Below are positions 23,797-37,624 of a DNA stretch of 64,000 nucleotides, in pieces. Each line of letters starts with the position of its first letter. Position 1 is the first letter of the stretch. Source of the DNA: Mobula hypostoma (taxonomy: Eukaryota). The stretch covers positions 83,080,001 to 83,144,000 of the forward strand of contig NC_086109.1 in assembly GCF_963921235.1 (NCBI RefSeq). The letters run 5' to 3'. Under the pieces are notes generated by a model. That model made no database searches. It worked only from the letters and a program-made list of their open reading frames with translations, and was not told where the DNA came from. Both the position numbers and the translations under genes were made by a program.

Positions 23797-24309
23797 CTGT
23801 TTGAGATATCCTGTAAAGATTGTCAATTTCATCCTCTCAGGGTGTGAATGGGGCACATGTGGCTTACTCACCCTCCAGCAGTCATAGGTAGGGAGGCACA
23901 GGACCTCTGTCGGACAGGGCACAGCCCAAAGTCTAAATTGAAGGTGATGTAGTTAAACTTCAAAGCGATAAAAAGCTGTAAATACCAGCTGAGTTAAAAG
24001 ACCATCTCTATCTAGAATCAGAACCAGGATTACTATCACTGAAATATTACTGGTTTTTTTTGCAGCTGCAGTACAGTGCAGGGCATTAAAATTACTATAA
24101 GTGACAAATAAGTTAGTAAATACATAATCACCATATGAATCGAGAAATTCAGAAATAGATAAACATAGTACAGATAGATAGATAGTGTGAAGGAGGAATA
24201 GAGAGGTCGTGGGGTCATGGAACATTCAGAAATCTGATGACGAAGAGAAGAAGCTGTTCTAAAAACCTGAGCGTGCACCTTCAGGATCCAGCACCTCCTC
24301 CCTCATTGT

Positions 24310-24760
24310 AGCAATGCAAAGAGGGCATGACTGTACACAATACTCCAAATGTAACCACAGATTCATCTTATATAATCGCAAAGTAACTTCCCTACCCCTA
24401 AACTTGATGCCCCAGCTGGTGAAGGCTAGTATACTAAATGCATTCTTCACCAACCTGTCTACTTGCACGGCCATCTTCAGTGAGCTATGCCCTTGTATTC
24501 CCTGGTCCCTCTGTTCCACAGCCCCCATCAGTACACTAGCATGAACTCTATATGTCCTACCATGCATTTTCCATGTCCAAAATGCATCATTTCACAGATA
24601 TGTAAGTTAAATTACTTTTGCCATTCCTCAGCTCATCTCTCGAAGTGATCCCTGAAATTCATTAAAATTTGCTTCATTATCAAGAAGCCCACAAAGCTTT
24701 GTAGTTGCACTGGAGCTGTTAATCATGTCACGTACATTCATATTCCAAATAATTTACATT
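24310..24760 (-). mobile_element. CR1 fragment
   Basis: QRDQGIQ.HSSLK..LRLYK..HLEYCVQ in ORF 24259-24567. Confidence 0.8.
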
Positions 24761-24784
24761 TATCATGAATAATAAATATTATAA

Positions 24785-26665
24785 TGTAAAGGAACCCTTA
24801 GAGGGCAGTGATCATAATATGATTGAATTCATACTGCTGTTTGAGAGGGAGAAGCACAAGTCACATGTATCAGTAGCGGAATGAAATAAAGAGATTTTGG
24901 ACCAGTGGAAAATGATGCTAGTGAGGTATTAAAGTGAGATAAAGAAATGGCAGGTGAATTTAATGGGTACTTTGCATCTGTCTTCACTGTGCAAGACACT
25001 AGCAGTGTGCCAGAGGTCTGTGATTGTCAGGGAGCAGGAGTGCTATTATAAGGAAAAAAATGCTGGGAAAACTGAAAATTCATAAGGTGGATAAGTCACC
25101 TGGACCAGATCGACTACATCCCAGTGTCCTGAAAGAGGTTAGTAAGAGATAACGGATGGATTGGTCATAATCTTTCAAGAATCACTTGATTAGGGAATGG
25201 TCCTGGAGGACTGGATGATTGCAAATGTCGCTCCACTCTAAGAAGGGAGTAAGGCAGAAAAAAAGGAAATTACAGCACATTTAGCTAAACCTCAGTGGTT
25301 GTGAAAGTGTTGGAGTCTATTATTAAGGATGAGGTTTCGGGGTACAGTACTTGGAGACTAATGATAAAATAAGGTCAAAGTCAGCATGGTTTCTGTGAAG
25401 GGAACTTTTGCCTGATAAATCTCTTAGAGCTCTTTGAGGAAGTAACAAGCAGGATGGACAAGGGAGAGGCAGTGAATGTCATTTGCTTGGATTTTTAGTA
25501 CCCATTTGATAAGGTGCCAAACATGAGGCTGCTTAACAAGATAAAATCCAGGGCGTTACAGGACAGACACTGGCATGGATAGAGGAATGGCTGACAGGTA
25601 GGATGCAGCGAGTGAGCAGGGCCTTTTCTGCTTGGGTACCATTGACATGTGGTGTTCCTCAGGAGTCAGTATTGGGGCTGCTACTTTTCACATTGTTTGT
25701 CAATGATTTGCATAACGGATTTGATGTATTTGTGGCAAAGTTAGCAGATGATTCACAGATTGGTGGAGGGGTAGGTAGTGCTGAGGAAGCAATGCGATTG
25801 CAGCAGGACTTACACAAATTGGAAGAATGCGCAATAAAGTGGCAGATGGAATACAGTGTTGGGAAATGTACAATAATGCATCTTGATAAAAGGAGGAATA
25901 GTGTGGAATATTATCCAAACGTGGAGAAAATTCAAACATCAGAGTTGCAGAGGGACTTAAAAGACCTCGTGCAAGATTCCCAGAAGGTTTATTTACAGGT
26001 TGAGTCTGTGCTAAAGAAAGCAAATGCAATGTTACCACTTATTTCAAGGGAAATGGAATATAAAAGCAAAGAGATAATGCTGAACTTTTATAAGACATTA
26101 GTCAGGCCACAATTGTTGTATTGTCAATAGTTTTGGGCCCCATATCTCAGAAAGAGTGTGATGTCATTGGAGAGAGGCAAGAGGAGGTTCACAAGGATGA
26201 TTTTAGGAATGAAAGGGTTAACTTATGCGGTGCGTATGGCAGCTCTGGGCCTGTACTCACTGGAATTTAGAGGAATGCATGGGGATCTCATTGAAACCTA
26301 CCCAATGTTGAAAGGACTGGATAGGGTGGATGTGGGAATGATGTTTCCTACCATGGGGCTGTCCAGTACTAGAGACCACAGCCTCAAAATTGACGGGTGA
26401 CCTTTTAGAACAGATTTTTCTTTCAGCCAGAGACCAGTGAATCAGTGGTGTGCTCTGCCACAGATTGCAGTGGAGGCGAAGTCTCCGGGTATATTTAAGG
26501 CGGAAGTTGATCATTCCCTGATTGGTCAGGGCATCAAGAGATATGGTGAGAAGGCGGGTGTATCGGGATGAATGGGACTCGGGATCAGTCATGATGGAAT
26601 GGCGGAGCAGACTCGATTTGCTGCTCCTAATTCTACTCCGATGTCTTTTGGTCTTATGGTCTTAT
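24785..26665 (+). mobile_element. CR1-clade LINE (paralogous insertion)
   Basis: ORFs 25603-26130 and 26158-26400. Confidence 0.9.
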
Positions 26666-28344
26666 AACACTGATCGGAGGTCCTCCACGCCCTCCAGTTG
26701 GAGAATTGGCATTCTGCTTCTTACCCCACACGAGTCATATCCCCTCAGTCAGAGAACTGACTCCCTGCTTCCTCACATCGAACCAGGTCTGAATCCACCT
26801 CAGTAGCTCCCCCTGAATCCCATGCGACCGAACCTTCCAAAATCGGACTGCCATGTAGAACCTTGTAATCTTCTTAATGAAATTAGACATTCTCCACTGC
26901 CCTAATTTCATGTATTCTTATAGTTCTTTCCCTGAAAAGCTTCAAAGGATTTCGGAGATGTGACCTCCCAATCAGCTGTGCTGAATGAACTACTTCCCTT
27001 CATGGAACGTACATTGTCGACTCTTGCTCAGTGGGCGCTGGAAATCAGAATTTCCGTTCCGTAACATCTTCCCTGAGGTGGTAATTTTAATATTTTGCAA
27101 CACAAGTGCATTGCAAATGTTCTCAGTCTCAAACTGGTTATAAAATGCATCTAAACTAACCTCGGTTCGAGATAAAATTACAATTGTACACTTACCGATA
27201 AAGAACACCTTGCGAGTACAGTAATAGAAAGTTTTTCTTTGAAGTTGTGATTTCAGCAGACAAAAGGTGACCTGCAGATATCAGCTGTTTCGTGACAAAG
27301 TCTTGGAGATTGGGTAATACTGAGTGCGATGCGTTCACATTCAGTTCAGACCTGCCGAATGTTTTTATCAGAATGAACAACTTTGTTTGGCTCGTATCCC
27401 ATGAGTCAGAACAGAGTCAAATTCAAAGTCATGGTCAAGTTTGTTGCCAAATGCACAAGAACATGTACGCACAGCTGCAATGAAAAATTTAGATTCAAGC
27501 AACGTTACAGGACGTTTCAGCGGCGTCGACAGGGAAATATTAATAAAGGATAAATGCAACCTCTTGATTCTCTAATTCCAAATTTCTCGGAATATAAGCA
27601 TATGAACAAACTTTTAAAGTAACGTTGACCCTATATTATTAAGATGTGCTTTGTGACAATCTTTAAGTTTCTCAGGAGTTTTGGCTCATGAAGCTTCTAA
27701 TGTCCTATATTTGCCTAAATTGAAATTGTATTGCTGCTGTGGAGGGATTTGAAAACAGACCGTTTGTTATTTACACCAACTCACACAAAATACCAGAGAA
27801 ACACAGCAGTTCTGGCAGCATCTATGGAAAGGTATTAACAATCGACATCTTGGGCCAAGACCCTTCATCAGCATACCCTCTATGATCAATCCTGATGAAG
27901 GGTCTTGTCCTAAAATGTTGGCTGTTTATTCCTCTCCATAGATACTGCCCGAATTGCTGAGAACCTCCGGCAATTTATGTGTGTTTATCTGCATTTCCCG
28001 ATATCTGCAGAATTTCTTGTATTTATGTTAGTTAGACAGATGTCCACATTGGCAGCCTAGTAATTTTGCTGTGCACAACCACTCTATCCTCTAGGGTATT
28101 ACATCTAGACTCCAGGTTGTGGTCTCTTCTGTATTGGAGAAACTGTATGCAGATTGGATGATGACAGCAGAATATCTCCAATCAATCTTCAGGAATACCT
28201 CTGAGCCTCCATTTCCTCCTCACTTCATTTTCCATTCCACTCACTCTCTCATAATACTCCAAATAGATGTGGCTACTATATTATTGGACTCTTAATTCTA
28301 CCTCTCTCACTTAATTACTCCTGCCTGAGAAGTGACTTAGATCC

Positions 28345-29672
28345 ATGCCAATTTGTCTACTGGAGCAACATACCACAGCAGATGCCAACTCACTGGCTCT
28401 TCATTCAGCCCTGGAACATCTGGACAGCAACGATGCGTAGATATGGATGCTCTTTATAGACTGCAGTTCAGCGTCCACAACCTGGGGTCTAGATGTAATA
28501 CATCAAAACTAATCAACAACCTCCAAGATCTTGGTCTCAATACCTCCTTGTGCAATTGGATTTCATTACTTGCAGACCCCAGTCAGTTCGGATTGGCAAC
28601 AACAACTCCTTTATAATCTCCATAAGCACTGGTGCACCTCAAAGCCCTTTGCTTAGCCTCCTGCTCTACTCAGTTTACACTTATGTCTGTGTGGCCAAGC
28701 ACAGCTCCAACGTCATATTCAAGTATGCTGATAACACCACCATGGTAGGCCAAATCAAAGGTGGTGATGAATCAACACAGAGGAGGGAGACTGAAAATCT
28801 GGCTGAGTGGTGTTATAATCACAATCTCTTACACAATGTTAGTAAGACAAAGAAACAGATTGTAGACCAAGACAACAAAACCAGAGGTCCAGGATCCAGG
28901 TCTCATCGGAGGATTAGAGCTAGAGAGGGTTAGCAACTTTAAATTCCGAGCCATTATTATTTCGGAGGAACTGTCCTGGGCCCTTGACAATAAGAAAGCA
29001 CAACAGCACCTCTATGCTCTTAGGAGTTGTGGAGATTCAGCATGACATCTAAAACTTTGAAAAACTTTTGTAGATGCACAGTATAGAGTATATCGACTGG
29101 CTGCATCACACCCTGGTACGGAAACACCAATACCCTTCAACAGAAAATCCTACGGAGATTAGTTGATATTGACCCAGTCCCTCCCAACCCTGGAGCATAT
29201 TTGCATGAAACGCTGCAACAGGAAAGCAGCATCCATCATCAGGAACCCCCAACGTCCAGGGCATGGTGTCTTCTCGCTGCTGCCATCAGGAAGAAGGTTC
29301 AAGAGCCTCAGGACTTTCACTACCTGCTTCAGGAGATTTACTATCCATGATCCATCAAGCTCTCGAACCAAATGGTTCAGCTTCATTTGTCCCATCATTG
29401 AAATGTTCCCACAACCTATAAATTCACTTTCAAGGACTCTTCGTCTTATGTTTTCAATCTTTATTGCTTATTTGTTTATTTATTTATTTATATTATTTCT
29501 TCTTTCTGTATTTGCACAGTTTCTTGTATTCTACACTCTGGTTGAACGCCCTAGTTGGGTGTTGTATTGATTCTATTATGGTTATTATTCTATAGATTTA
29601 TTGAGTGTGCCCATAGGTTGTATCTGGTGACATACAGTATATGTACTCGGATAATAAAATTCACTTCGAATT
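28345..29672 (+). mobile_element. Rex1/Babar-type LINE (paralog)
   Basis: ORF 28550-28933. Confidence 0.85.
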
Positions 29673-29957
29673 TTGACAAAGGAATCTGTAAGTATGAACT
29701 CAAAGTGAGCAAATTGTTTTAACAGTGTTTTGTTTTGAAACACTTATATTAAAATCTTGATTCCATTGATGACATTTATATTAACAATTCATCATTAACT
29801 CTTGGAAGATATTATGATGCCATTGTGTCTAACCATTCTTCGACCTCTTCAATGACAGTTCCACAAGTCTTTTCATCGTCTTATTCTTCACAAGTTTATC
29901 ATATTTTTTTTAGATTTGAGCAACACTGGATTGATGGAGATCAGAACATTCTTACAT
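29673..29957 (-). pseudogene. UGT N-terminal fragment, cut by a Penelope element
   Basis: Paralogous to 13425-13717. Confidence 0.7.
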
Positions 29958-29997
29958 TGATGTGGATCTTGGGTAGGAGGTACAAACGGGCGGGGGT

Positions 29998-32063
29998 GGG
30001 GGTTGCTGTTGTCATCTGGCGTATTGACCTCTACCTTGCCGAGGCACATCGACAACTCGCGGATACCTCCTCTTATTTACCCCTCGATCGTGACCCCACT
30101 GAGGAACACCAGGCCATTGTCTCCCACACCATCACCGACTTCATCTGCTCAGGGGATCTCCCATCCGCTGCTACCAACCTTATAGTTCCCGCACCTCGCA
30201 CTTCCCGTTTCTCCCTCCTACCCAAGATCCACAAACCTGCCTGTCCTGGCAGACCTATTGTCTCAGTTTGCTCCTGCCCCACCGAACTCGCTTCTGCATA
30301 CCTCGACACGGTTTTATCCCCCCTTGTTCAATCCCTTCCTGCCGATGATCGAGACACTTCTCACGCTCTTAAACTTTTCGATGATTTTAAGTTCCCTGAC
30401 CCCCACCGCTTTATTTTCACCATGGATGTCCAGTCCCTATATACTTCCATCCCCCATCAAGAAGGTCTCAAAGCTCTCCGTTTCTTTTTGGATTCCTGAC
30501 CTAATCAGTTCCCCTCCACCACCACTCTGCTCCGTCTAGCGGAATTAGTCCTTACTCTTAATAATTTCTCCTTTGGCTCCTCCCACTTCCTCCAAACTAA
30601 AGGTGTAGCTATGGGCACCCGTATGGGTCCTAGCTATGCCTGCCTTTTTGTTGGCTTTGGGGAACAATCTATGTTCCAAATCTATTCTGGTATCTGTCCC
30701 CCGCTTTTCCTTCGCTACATCGACGACTGATTTGGCGCTGCTTCCTGCACGCATGCTGAGCTCGTCGACTTCATTAACTTTGCCTGCAACTTTCACCCTG
30801 CCCTCGAGTTTACCTGGTCCATTTCCGACACCTCTCCGACCCCTCACCAGCCCCCGCACCCCCCCCCCCAACCTTTCTAGATCTTTCTGTCTCTATCTCC
30901 GGAGATAGCTTATCTGCTGATGTCAACTATAAGCCTGCTGACTCTCACAGCTATCTGAACTATTCCTCTTCTCACCCCATCTCTTGCTAAAACGCCATCC
31001 CCTTCTCGCAATGCCTCCGTCTCCGCCGCATCTGCTCTCAGGATGAGGCTTTTCATTCCAGGACAAGGGAGATGTCCTCCTTTTTTAAAGAAAGGGGCTT
31101 GCCTTCCTCCACTATCAACTCTTGCTCTCAAACACATTTCCCCTATTTCAAGCACATCTGCTCTCACTCCATCCACCCGCCACCCCACTAGGAATAGGGT
31201 TCCCCTGGTCCTCACCTACCACCCTACCAGCCTCCGGGTCCAACATATTATTCTCCGGAACTTCCGCCACCTCCAACGGGATCCCACCACTAAGCACATC
31301 TTTCCCTCCCCCCGCCCCCCGCTTTCCGCAGAGATCGCTCCCTACGCGACTCCCTTGTCCATTCGTCCCCCCAATCCCTCCCCACTGATCTCCCTCCTGG
31401 CACTTATCCTTGAAGCGGAACAAGTGCTACACATGCCCTTACACTTCCTCCCTTACCACCATTCAGGGCCCCAGACAGTCCTTCCAGGTGAGGCGACACT
31501 TCACCTGTGAGTCGGCTGGGGTGATATACTGCGTCCGGTGCTCCCGATGTGGCCTTCTATATATTAGCGAGACCCGACGCAGACTGGGAGATCGTTTTGC
31601 TGAACACCTACGCTTTGTCCGCCAGAGAAAGCAGGATCTCCCAGTGGCCACACATTTTAATTCCACATCTCATTCCCATTCTGATATGTCTATCCACGGC
31701 CTCCTCTACTGTAAAGATGAAGCCACACTCAGGTTGGAGGAACAACACCTTATGTTCCGTCTGGGTAGCCTCCAACCTGATGGCATGAACATTGACTTCT
31801 CTAACTTCCGCTAATGCCCCACCTCCCCTTCGTACCCCATCCGTTATTTATTTATATACACACATTCATTCTTTCTCTCTCTCTCCTTTTTCTCCCTCTG
31901 TCCCTCTGACTATACCCCTTGCCCTTCCTCTGGGTTTTCCCCCCTTCCCCCTTTTCCTTCTCCCTGGGCCTCCTGTCCCATGATCCTCTCATATCCCTTT
32001 TGCCAATCAACTGTCCAGCTCTTGGCTCCATCCCTCCCGCTCCTGTTCATCTCCTATCATTTT
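29998..32063 (+). mobile_element. Penelope-like element, Neptune type (RT + GIY-YIG), decayed
   Basis: LPKIHKPACPGRPIVS, TMDVQSLYTSIPH, FLRYIDD, Cys-rich linker, VIYC..CGLLYISET..RFAEH..QPDGMN; stops and frameshifts. Confidence 0.93.
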
Positions 32064-33289
32064 GAACATTGCAGCATGTACCTAATAAAGTGGCTACTGT
32101 GTATATAAATACTAATTATTGTGGGATTGTACACAAAGCACTAAATAATTAAGTGATAAAAATAGGTTAGATATCAGACAAACAAAGCAAAAGCTCTAGA
32201 CAGATTACATTTTGGGGTATCACATCTTAGAGCAAATATAACCGCAATTAAGGAGTGATAGGATAAAATATAAGGACAATTTGCATCACCTAGGCCTGTG
32301 TTCAATTGAACCTTAACATTACAATGATGTATAAATACAAATCAATATAAGTTGAAGTAGGGGTATACCAGTGTAAGCATTTTGCATGTTACAAATTTAG
32401 GATATTTGCAACTCTTTCCACTCAAGTTACTTCAGCTACTTAGTCTAGGGCTGGATTTGAAACTGGGGTCCACAGAACCCCTGTTTAAAGGTATTGTTCC
32501 ACAGCATAAAAAGGGTTGGGAACCCCTGGTCTAGAGGGATAATTACTTGATGAACATTGATAGATTGTGGTTGAGCAAACATGTTAAGGTTAATGCATAC
32601 AATACATTGATGGAATCTGAGTGACTCAACAGGGTTAGGGAATTGTGTGGCTCATTCCTCTTCAGATCACTTGATATTGCTGCCCATTTGTCTGCAGATC
32701 ATACGTGTAAATACATTTTTCCTGCACATTGTAAACTACTTACTCTGTACTGCAATCAGCATAAAGATAGATTTGACAGTGAACTTTGACCATTCTTGCA
32801 TATTTTTTAGACCGAACTGCTGTTTGGATTGATGAGCAATAAAGCAAATTTGACAGAAATGAAAGATCCTTAAAATCAACTACATTTCAAAAGAATATTT
32901 CTTTATTCACAGATCAGCTGAATTAGTTATATATCTTTTACTAATAAAAATACATTATTGTACCTCATTGCTGGGATTACATAGAGGTCACAACAGTGTA
33001 CAATGGACCTCATGTTTATGTATCTAAGAAACATACAAACATATATAATGAACAAAGAGATTGCACAATGCAAGATTAACCAACCAATGGAAATGCAGCA
33101 AAACCGACTCAGAAACTGCATTCTACCGTACCTGTTCATCTGTAATCAACACCCTTTTATCCGAGCTGCAATCTGATACTTGCATAATAATGCCCACGGC
33201 TATTGTTCAGAAAATATAACTGGGTGAATGTGCTTTTACTCATGTGGAAATGTAACCCTATTACTTAAAGTTATCATCTCCTGGTGGAC

Positions 33290-33895
33290 ACAAGGGTTTC
33301 TGCAAAAGGGGGAGATCTTGAGCAACACACACTAAATGTGTTGGGAACATTTGCAGGAACGTGGGAGATGTGAGAGAAAGGGTGTGACGTCAGTAGCTCG
33401 GAGGTGATTGGTGGAGGAGGCAAAGGCCTGAGGAAGATGGCACCTGATGGGAGCGGACAACAGGTCACAGAGCAAAAAGTAAAGGGGGTGGGGAACTGGG
33501 GGGGTAGGTGGGAGTTGGGGTGGTTTAAGTCATGGACAGTTCATGAGGACAGGGAGGGGAAGAGAAGGAGTAAAGTGGTCAAAAGGGGAATGGAAAACAT
33601 ATGAATACATTTGATTTCCTTATTTCATCTGCTGCAGCTTGTACTACAGCAGTGAGACTCAATGGAGATTGAGACCTTCTTTCTGAGCATTTTCTTGCCA
33701 TTCACTACAACAGTTTTGATTTCCCACTGGCCGGCAGGTAGAATTCCCATGTTCCCATTCCCACACTGACATGTTTGCCCATGGCTGCCACACTGAGGTT
33801 AAACACAAAATGGAGAAACAATACCACACATTCCATTATGGGAGTCTCCATCCTGGCGGCATCAACATCAATTTCTATAAATTCCGGTACATTGT
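33290..33895. mobile_element. Old Penelope remnants
   Basis: ORF 33771: HTEVKHKMEKQY..GSLHPGGININF resembles the Penelope GIY-YIG C-terminus. Confidence 0.6.
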
Positions 33896-34165
33896 TTTCC
33901 CGTATAGCTCTGGTCACATTACTCTCTTACGTCCCCTGTTTTCCCAGTCAAATGTCAATCATGTTACAATTCTTTTGTGCATATCAAAACAGAAAGTCTA
34001 TTATTTAATATATCTATCACAGCTGATTTATTCTCATAATAGCCTTTGCTAAATTCAATGAATTCTGGAAAGAAGGTTCCATGGATTAACTTCTGGGGAA
34101 AAAAATCAAGTACTGTAATTATAAAGAACATAAAACACCATATCCCAACACAAAACAGGGTAACC

Positions 34166-35779
34166 TCACTCAGTCTTTTGCTTTCTTCTACATGACATAC
34201 GACAAAGTTTCTTCAGTGCTACAACCACCAGCACTGTGAGCATGAGGAACATGGACAACAGAAAAACCATCACATCCACACAATAGTAAGTGTACCAGGG
34301 CAGCCGGTCGGATTCAGAGTGCAAATGCCCTGCTCCTTTGTGTTGGGCAACATACTCAATCCAGAAAACAGCTCTCTCCATTGGCAACTCTGGTTGGTCC
34401 CGGTGGAGAGCAGAGAGTTTCTTCATGTTATCCCGGTAAAATGTGCCGTTTATCACCTCATTAAGTGCCTGCAATAAATCTGTTGACTGTAGAGTTGCAA
34501 CATTAAGCATCTTTGCTGCACCTCAGGATTCAAGTCTGACTACATTGTCAAACTGGTCAAAAATAAGAGGCATGCCAAGCACTGGTACCCCGTGGTAGAT
34601 GGCCTCGTAAATGCCAATGATACCACAATGAGAAATGAAGACTCGCGTGTTGGGGTGTCCCAGAAGGTCGTTCTGAGGGATCCATTTTGTCAGTAGTGTA
34701 TTATTACCTATATTGGGAGGGATTTCCCCATCATATCTCCAAATAACCTTCTGGGGTACTGGAGCAAATGCTTCAGCTATTTCTTTTGTAATCTGCTATG
34801 GCAAGGAATCGATAAAGGATCCTAATGACATCACAATAATTCCATGCTATCCTGAGTTTTGAACAAATGCTTCAAACTCTGCTGCCAGTGGCCGGGCTGA
34901 TTTACATTGGAAGCCTCCAATGTACACAATATTTGGCATGGTGGGTCTTGGGAATTCAAATACAAAATCAACTCTCATCAGCAACACATCAGCCCCCATG
35001 AGAACTGTTTCAATGTCTGTATCTATTCCGAGATATCGATGACAGATTTCATTATAAATTGGGTATATAACAAATTCCCTAAACAGAAGCTGGAAAAAAT
35101 TATACATGACATTTCCTGTCCTTTGGAGAAAATTCATATTATCTGCCAAACGTGTGCCAAGATTTGGGACATAGGAAGGCGGTGATGGGGCACAGAGGAA
35201 ATGGGCTTCCCCACTCATCTGCCATCGAACATTATACACCTGCGGGACTTTCAAATAATGAGCAAGTATTGGGCCTGTACCAAAAGCAGGATCTCTAAGT
35301 ACTAAGTCAAAATTTGCTCTTTCAAGTTCTTTTAACAGACTTTTGTTTCGAAAAATTGCAATACCAAATGCTTGATTCCATTTGTGAACTTTATATGAAA
35401 TATGCTTCATGAATTTTTGGAGCTTCATATGGTCCCAAATGGTCCCATCATTCTGTAAACTCTTCAATGACAGTTCCACAATTCTTTCAATCATCATTGA
35501 CAGAGATTTGTCATATTTCTCTTCAATTTGAATAACAATGGATTGATAGAGATCAGGATTTTCCTTCATATGTGAAGATGAAGAATAGTAAAGCACAGTA
35601 ACATTGTGTCCACGAAGTTTCAGCTCTTCTACGAGAATTTTCATATTAATCCAATGACTTCCATCCACAGGTATAACCAATATTTTAGCCCCTTGGGTAA
35701 CCGGAGAAGTCAGTGTGATGAAAATAATACCAAGAGCAGATGCAATCTGCAATCTGTCTTTCCATCCAGGTCTACCCAT
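34166..35779 (-). pseudogene. Full-length UGT5-type copy C with three in-frame stops; 310-aa N-terminal ORF open
   Basis: Same 1614-nt length as A with no frameshift; TAG at codon 311 (34847-34849), TAG at 328 (34796-34798), TGA at 419 (34523-34525); HGGTNG changed to HCGIIG. Confidence 0.88.
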
Positions 35780-35805
35780 CTTGAGAAAAGCGGATCACAC
35801 TGAGT

Positions 35806-35830
35806 CTGCAGTAAAATTGTTAAAAAAATA
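35806..35830 (-). promoter_or_regulatory. Splice acceptor 26 nt upstream of the UGT C ATG
   Basis: TTTTTTTAACAATTTTACTGCAG|ACTC. Confidence 0.65.
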
Positions 35831-37624
35831 CTGGTAAGCATTATAAATTCACAACAAAAACATTTAAACCAGTGACTCCCAACCTTTTTTATGCCATGGA
35901 CCATTATCATTAAGTTAGGGGTCTCTGGTTTTCAGAGTACCTGAATTGCTTAAATGTTGTTTAACGAAAGACATTAATCTTTTAGATTTCCTTCTGTTTT
36001 TCTCGAGTGACTTGCTCTTTGTAATGCAGTCTCCTGGTGCTTTCTGTCTAAACTTAGGTTTATTATGATCAGCTCCTGGATTCCGAGTTTCTTGTAATGA
36101 TTTAAACGGAAGTCCCATTAGCGCTAACTGCGGTTTCACCAATCAACTTCCTAAATATTTACTTCATCTCTCCCCCTTCCAGTTTCAACTACCACTTTAT
36201 GTTTCTCTCTCTCCTCCCCCACTTCTTAAATCTACTTCTCATCTATTTTTTTCTCCAGTCCTGCCGAAGAGTCTCGAAACGTCAACTTTACTTTATTCCA
36301 TAGATGCTGCCTGGCCTGCTGAGTTCCACCAGCATTTCATGTGTGTTGATTCCACCTCCTTACACTCCTTGTTCACATGGGCTGCCGCTGGACAAGAGGT
36401 AAATACCTGGGTGTTAACAGGACAGGTTGTGATCAGATTTCCAAGCAGGGGAAGGGTATGTATGCATCCTTTACTTTTGCAAACAGAAGGTCCAGTGCTC
36501 CATGCCCCCTGTAGCTGACATATTGATATAAAGTTGGTATTGTTGCGTCGAGAGAAACATGATTGAAATACCCGGTAACAGCCAACAAAAGCAAACACAT
36601 TAGAGTTCGTATTTTAGTAAAGGTCGAAACAATAACATCACAAACTACATTTGCGTCAGCCGACGGTTGTACGTAAACTGCAACTAAAACGGCAGTTGAG
36701 TGAGAATTCCCATACAATATATCCAATATCAGGTTTATTCATATTCAAAATAATCTACATTTATAATAAATACCAAAAATGCTGACATAGATCAGTGGGA
36801 CCCCACACTAGTCACAGCCCTCCAGTCAGAACATTGACATTCTCCTTCCGACCGAAATAACTCTGAATCCACCTCACAAGCTCCCATGAATCCTATGTGA
36901 CCAAACCTTCCAAAATCCACCTGCCACACAGGACCTTGTAAAGTCCAAAATTGATTCCATATTGACAACCTTCACTGCTCTAACTTCATCCAAGCTCTTC
37001 CTTACCTCCCTGAAAAACTCGAAATGATGTTGCAGGTACAACTTCCGAATGGGCTGTGCTGAATGAGTTCCCTTCATGGAGCGTACATTGTCAACTCTAG
37101 CTGAGCGGGCACTGGAAATCAGAACTTCGTTCCCTAACATATTCCCTGAGTTGGTAACTTTAATATGTTTCTACACAAATGCATTGTAAACATACTCAGC
37201 CTCAAGCTGGTTATAAAATGTACCCAAAAATAACCAGGATTAGAGAAGTAATTACAATTTTATACTTAGTAATAAAGAACACCTTGTGATTGATAGAAAG
37301 ATTTTCTTTGATGCCGCAATCATGAAGAAATCTGCAGATGCTGGAAATTCTTCCTATAGATGCTGCCTGGCCTGCTGCGTTCCACAAGCATTTTGTGTGC
37401 ATTTCTTTCATGTTGTTGTGATTTCAGCAAAGGAAAAGTGACCTGCATTTCTCGGCTCTTTGGAGACAAGTCGAGGAGATTGGGTCATATTCAATGTGAT
37501 ACATTCACTTTTTCTTCAGTCCTGCCGAATGTTTTTATCAGTATGAACAATGTTGTTTGGCTTGTATCTCCTGAGTCAGCACTGAAGTCAAAGTCAAGAT
37601 TATTGCCAGACGCACAAGTCTGTA

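Larger units (their letters stand above)
24580..32930 (+). repeat. Older paralogous block (third copy of the CR1 / intergenic module / Rex1 / UGT fragment / UGT 3' flank unit)
   Basis: Aligns to about 8375-15710 and 43020-50295 with shared TE insertions. Confidence 0.9.

Noticed and set aside
34523-34849. Stop read-through or recoding restoring copy C
   Set aside because: Three stops of two types plus a damaged HGGTNG motif; ordinary nonsense mutations suffice.
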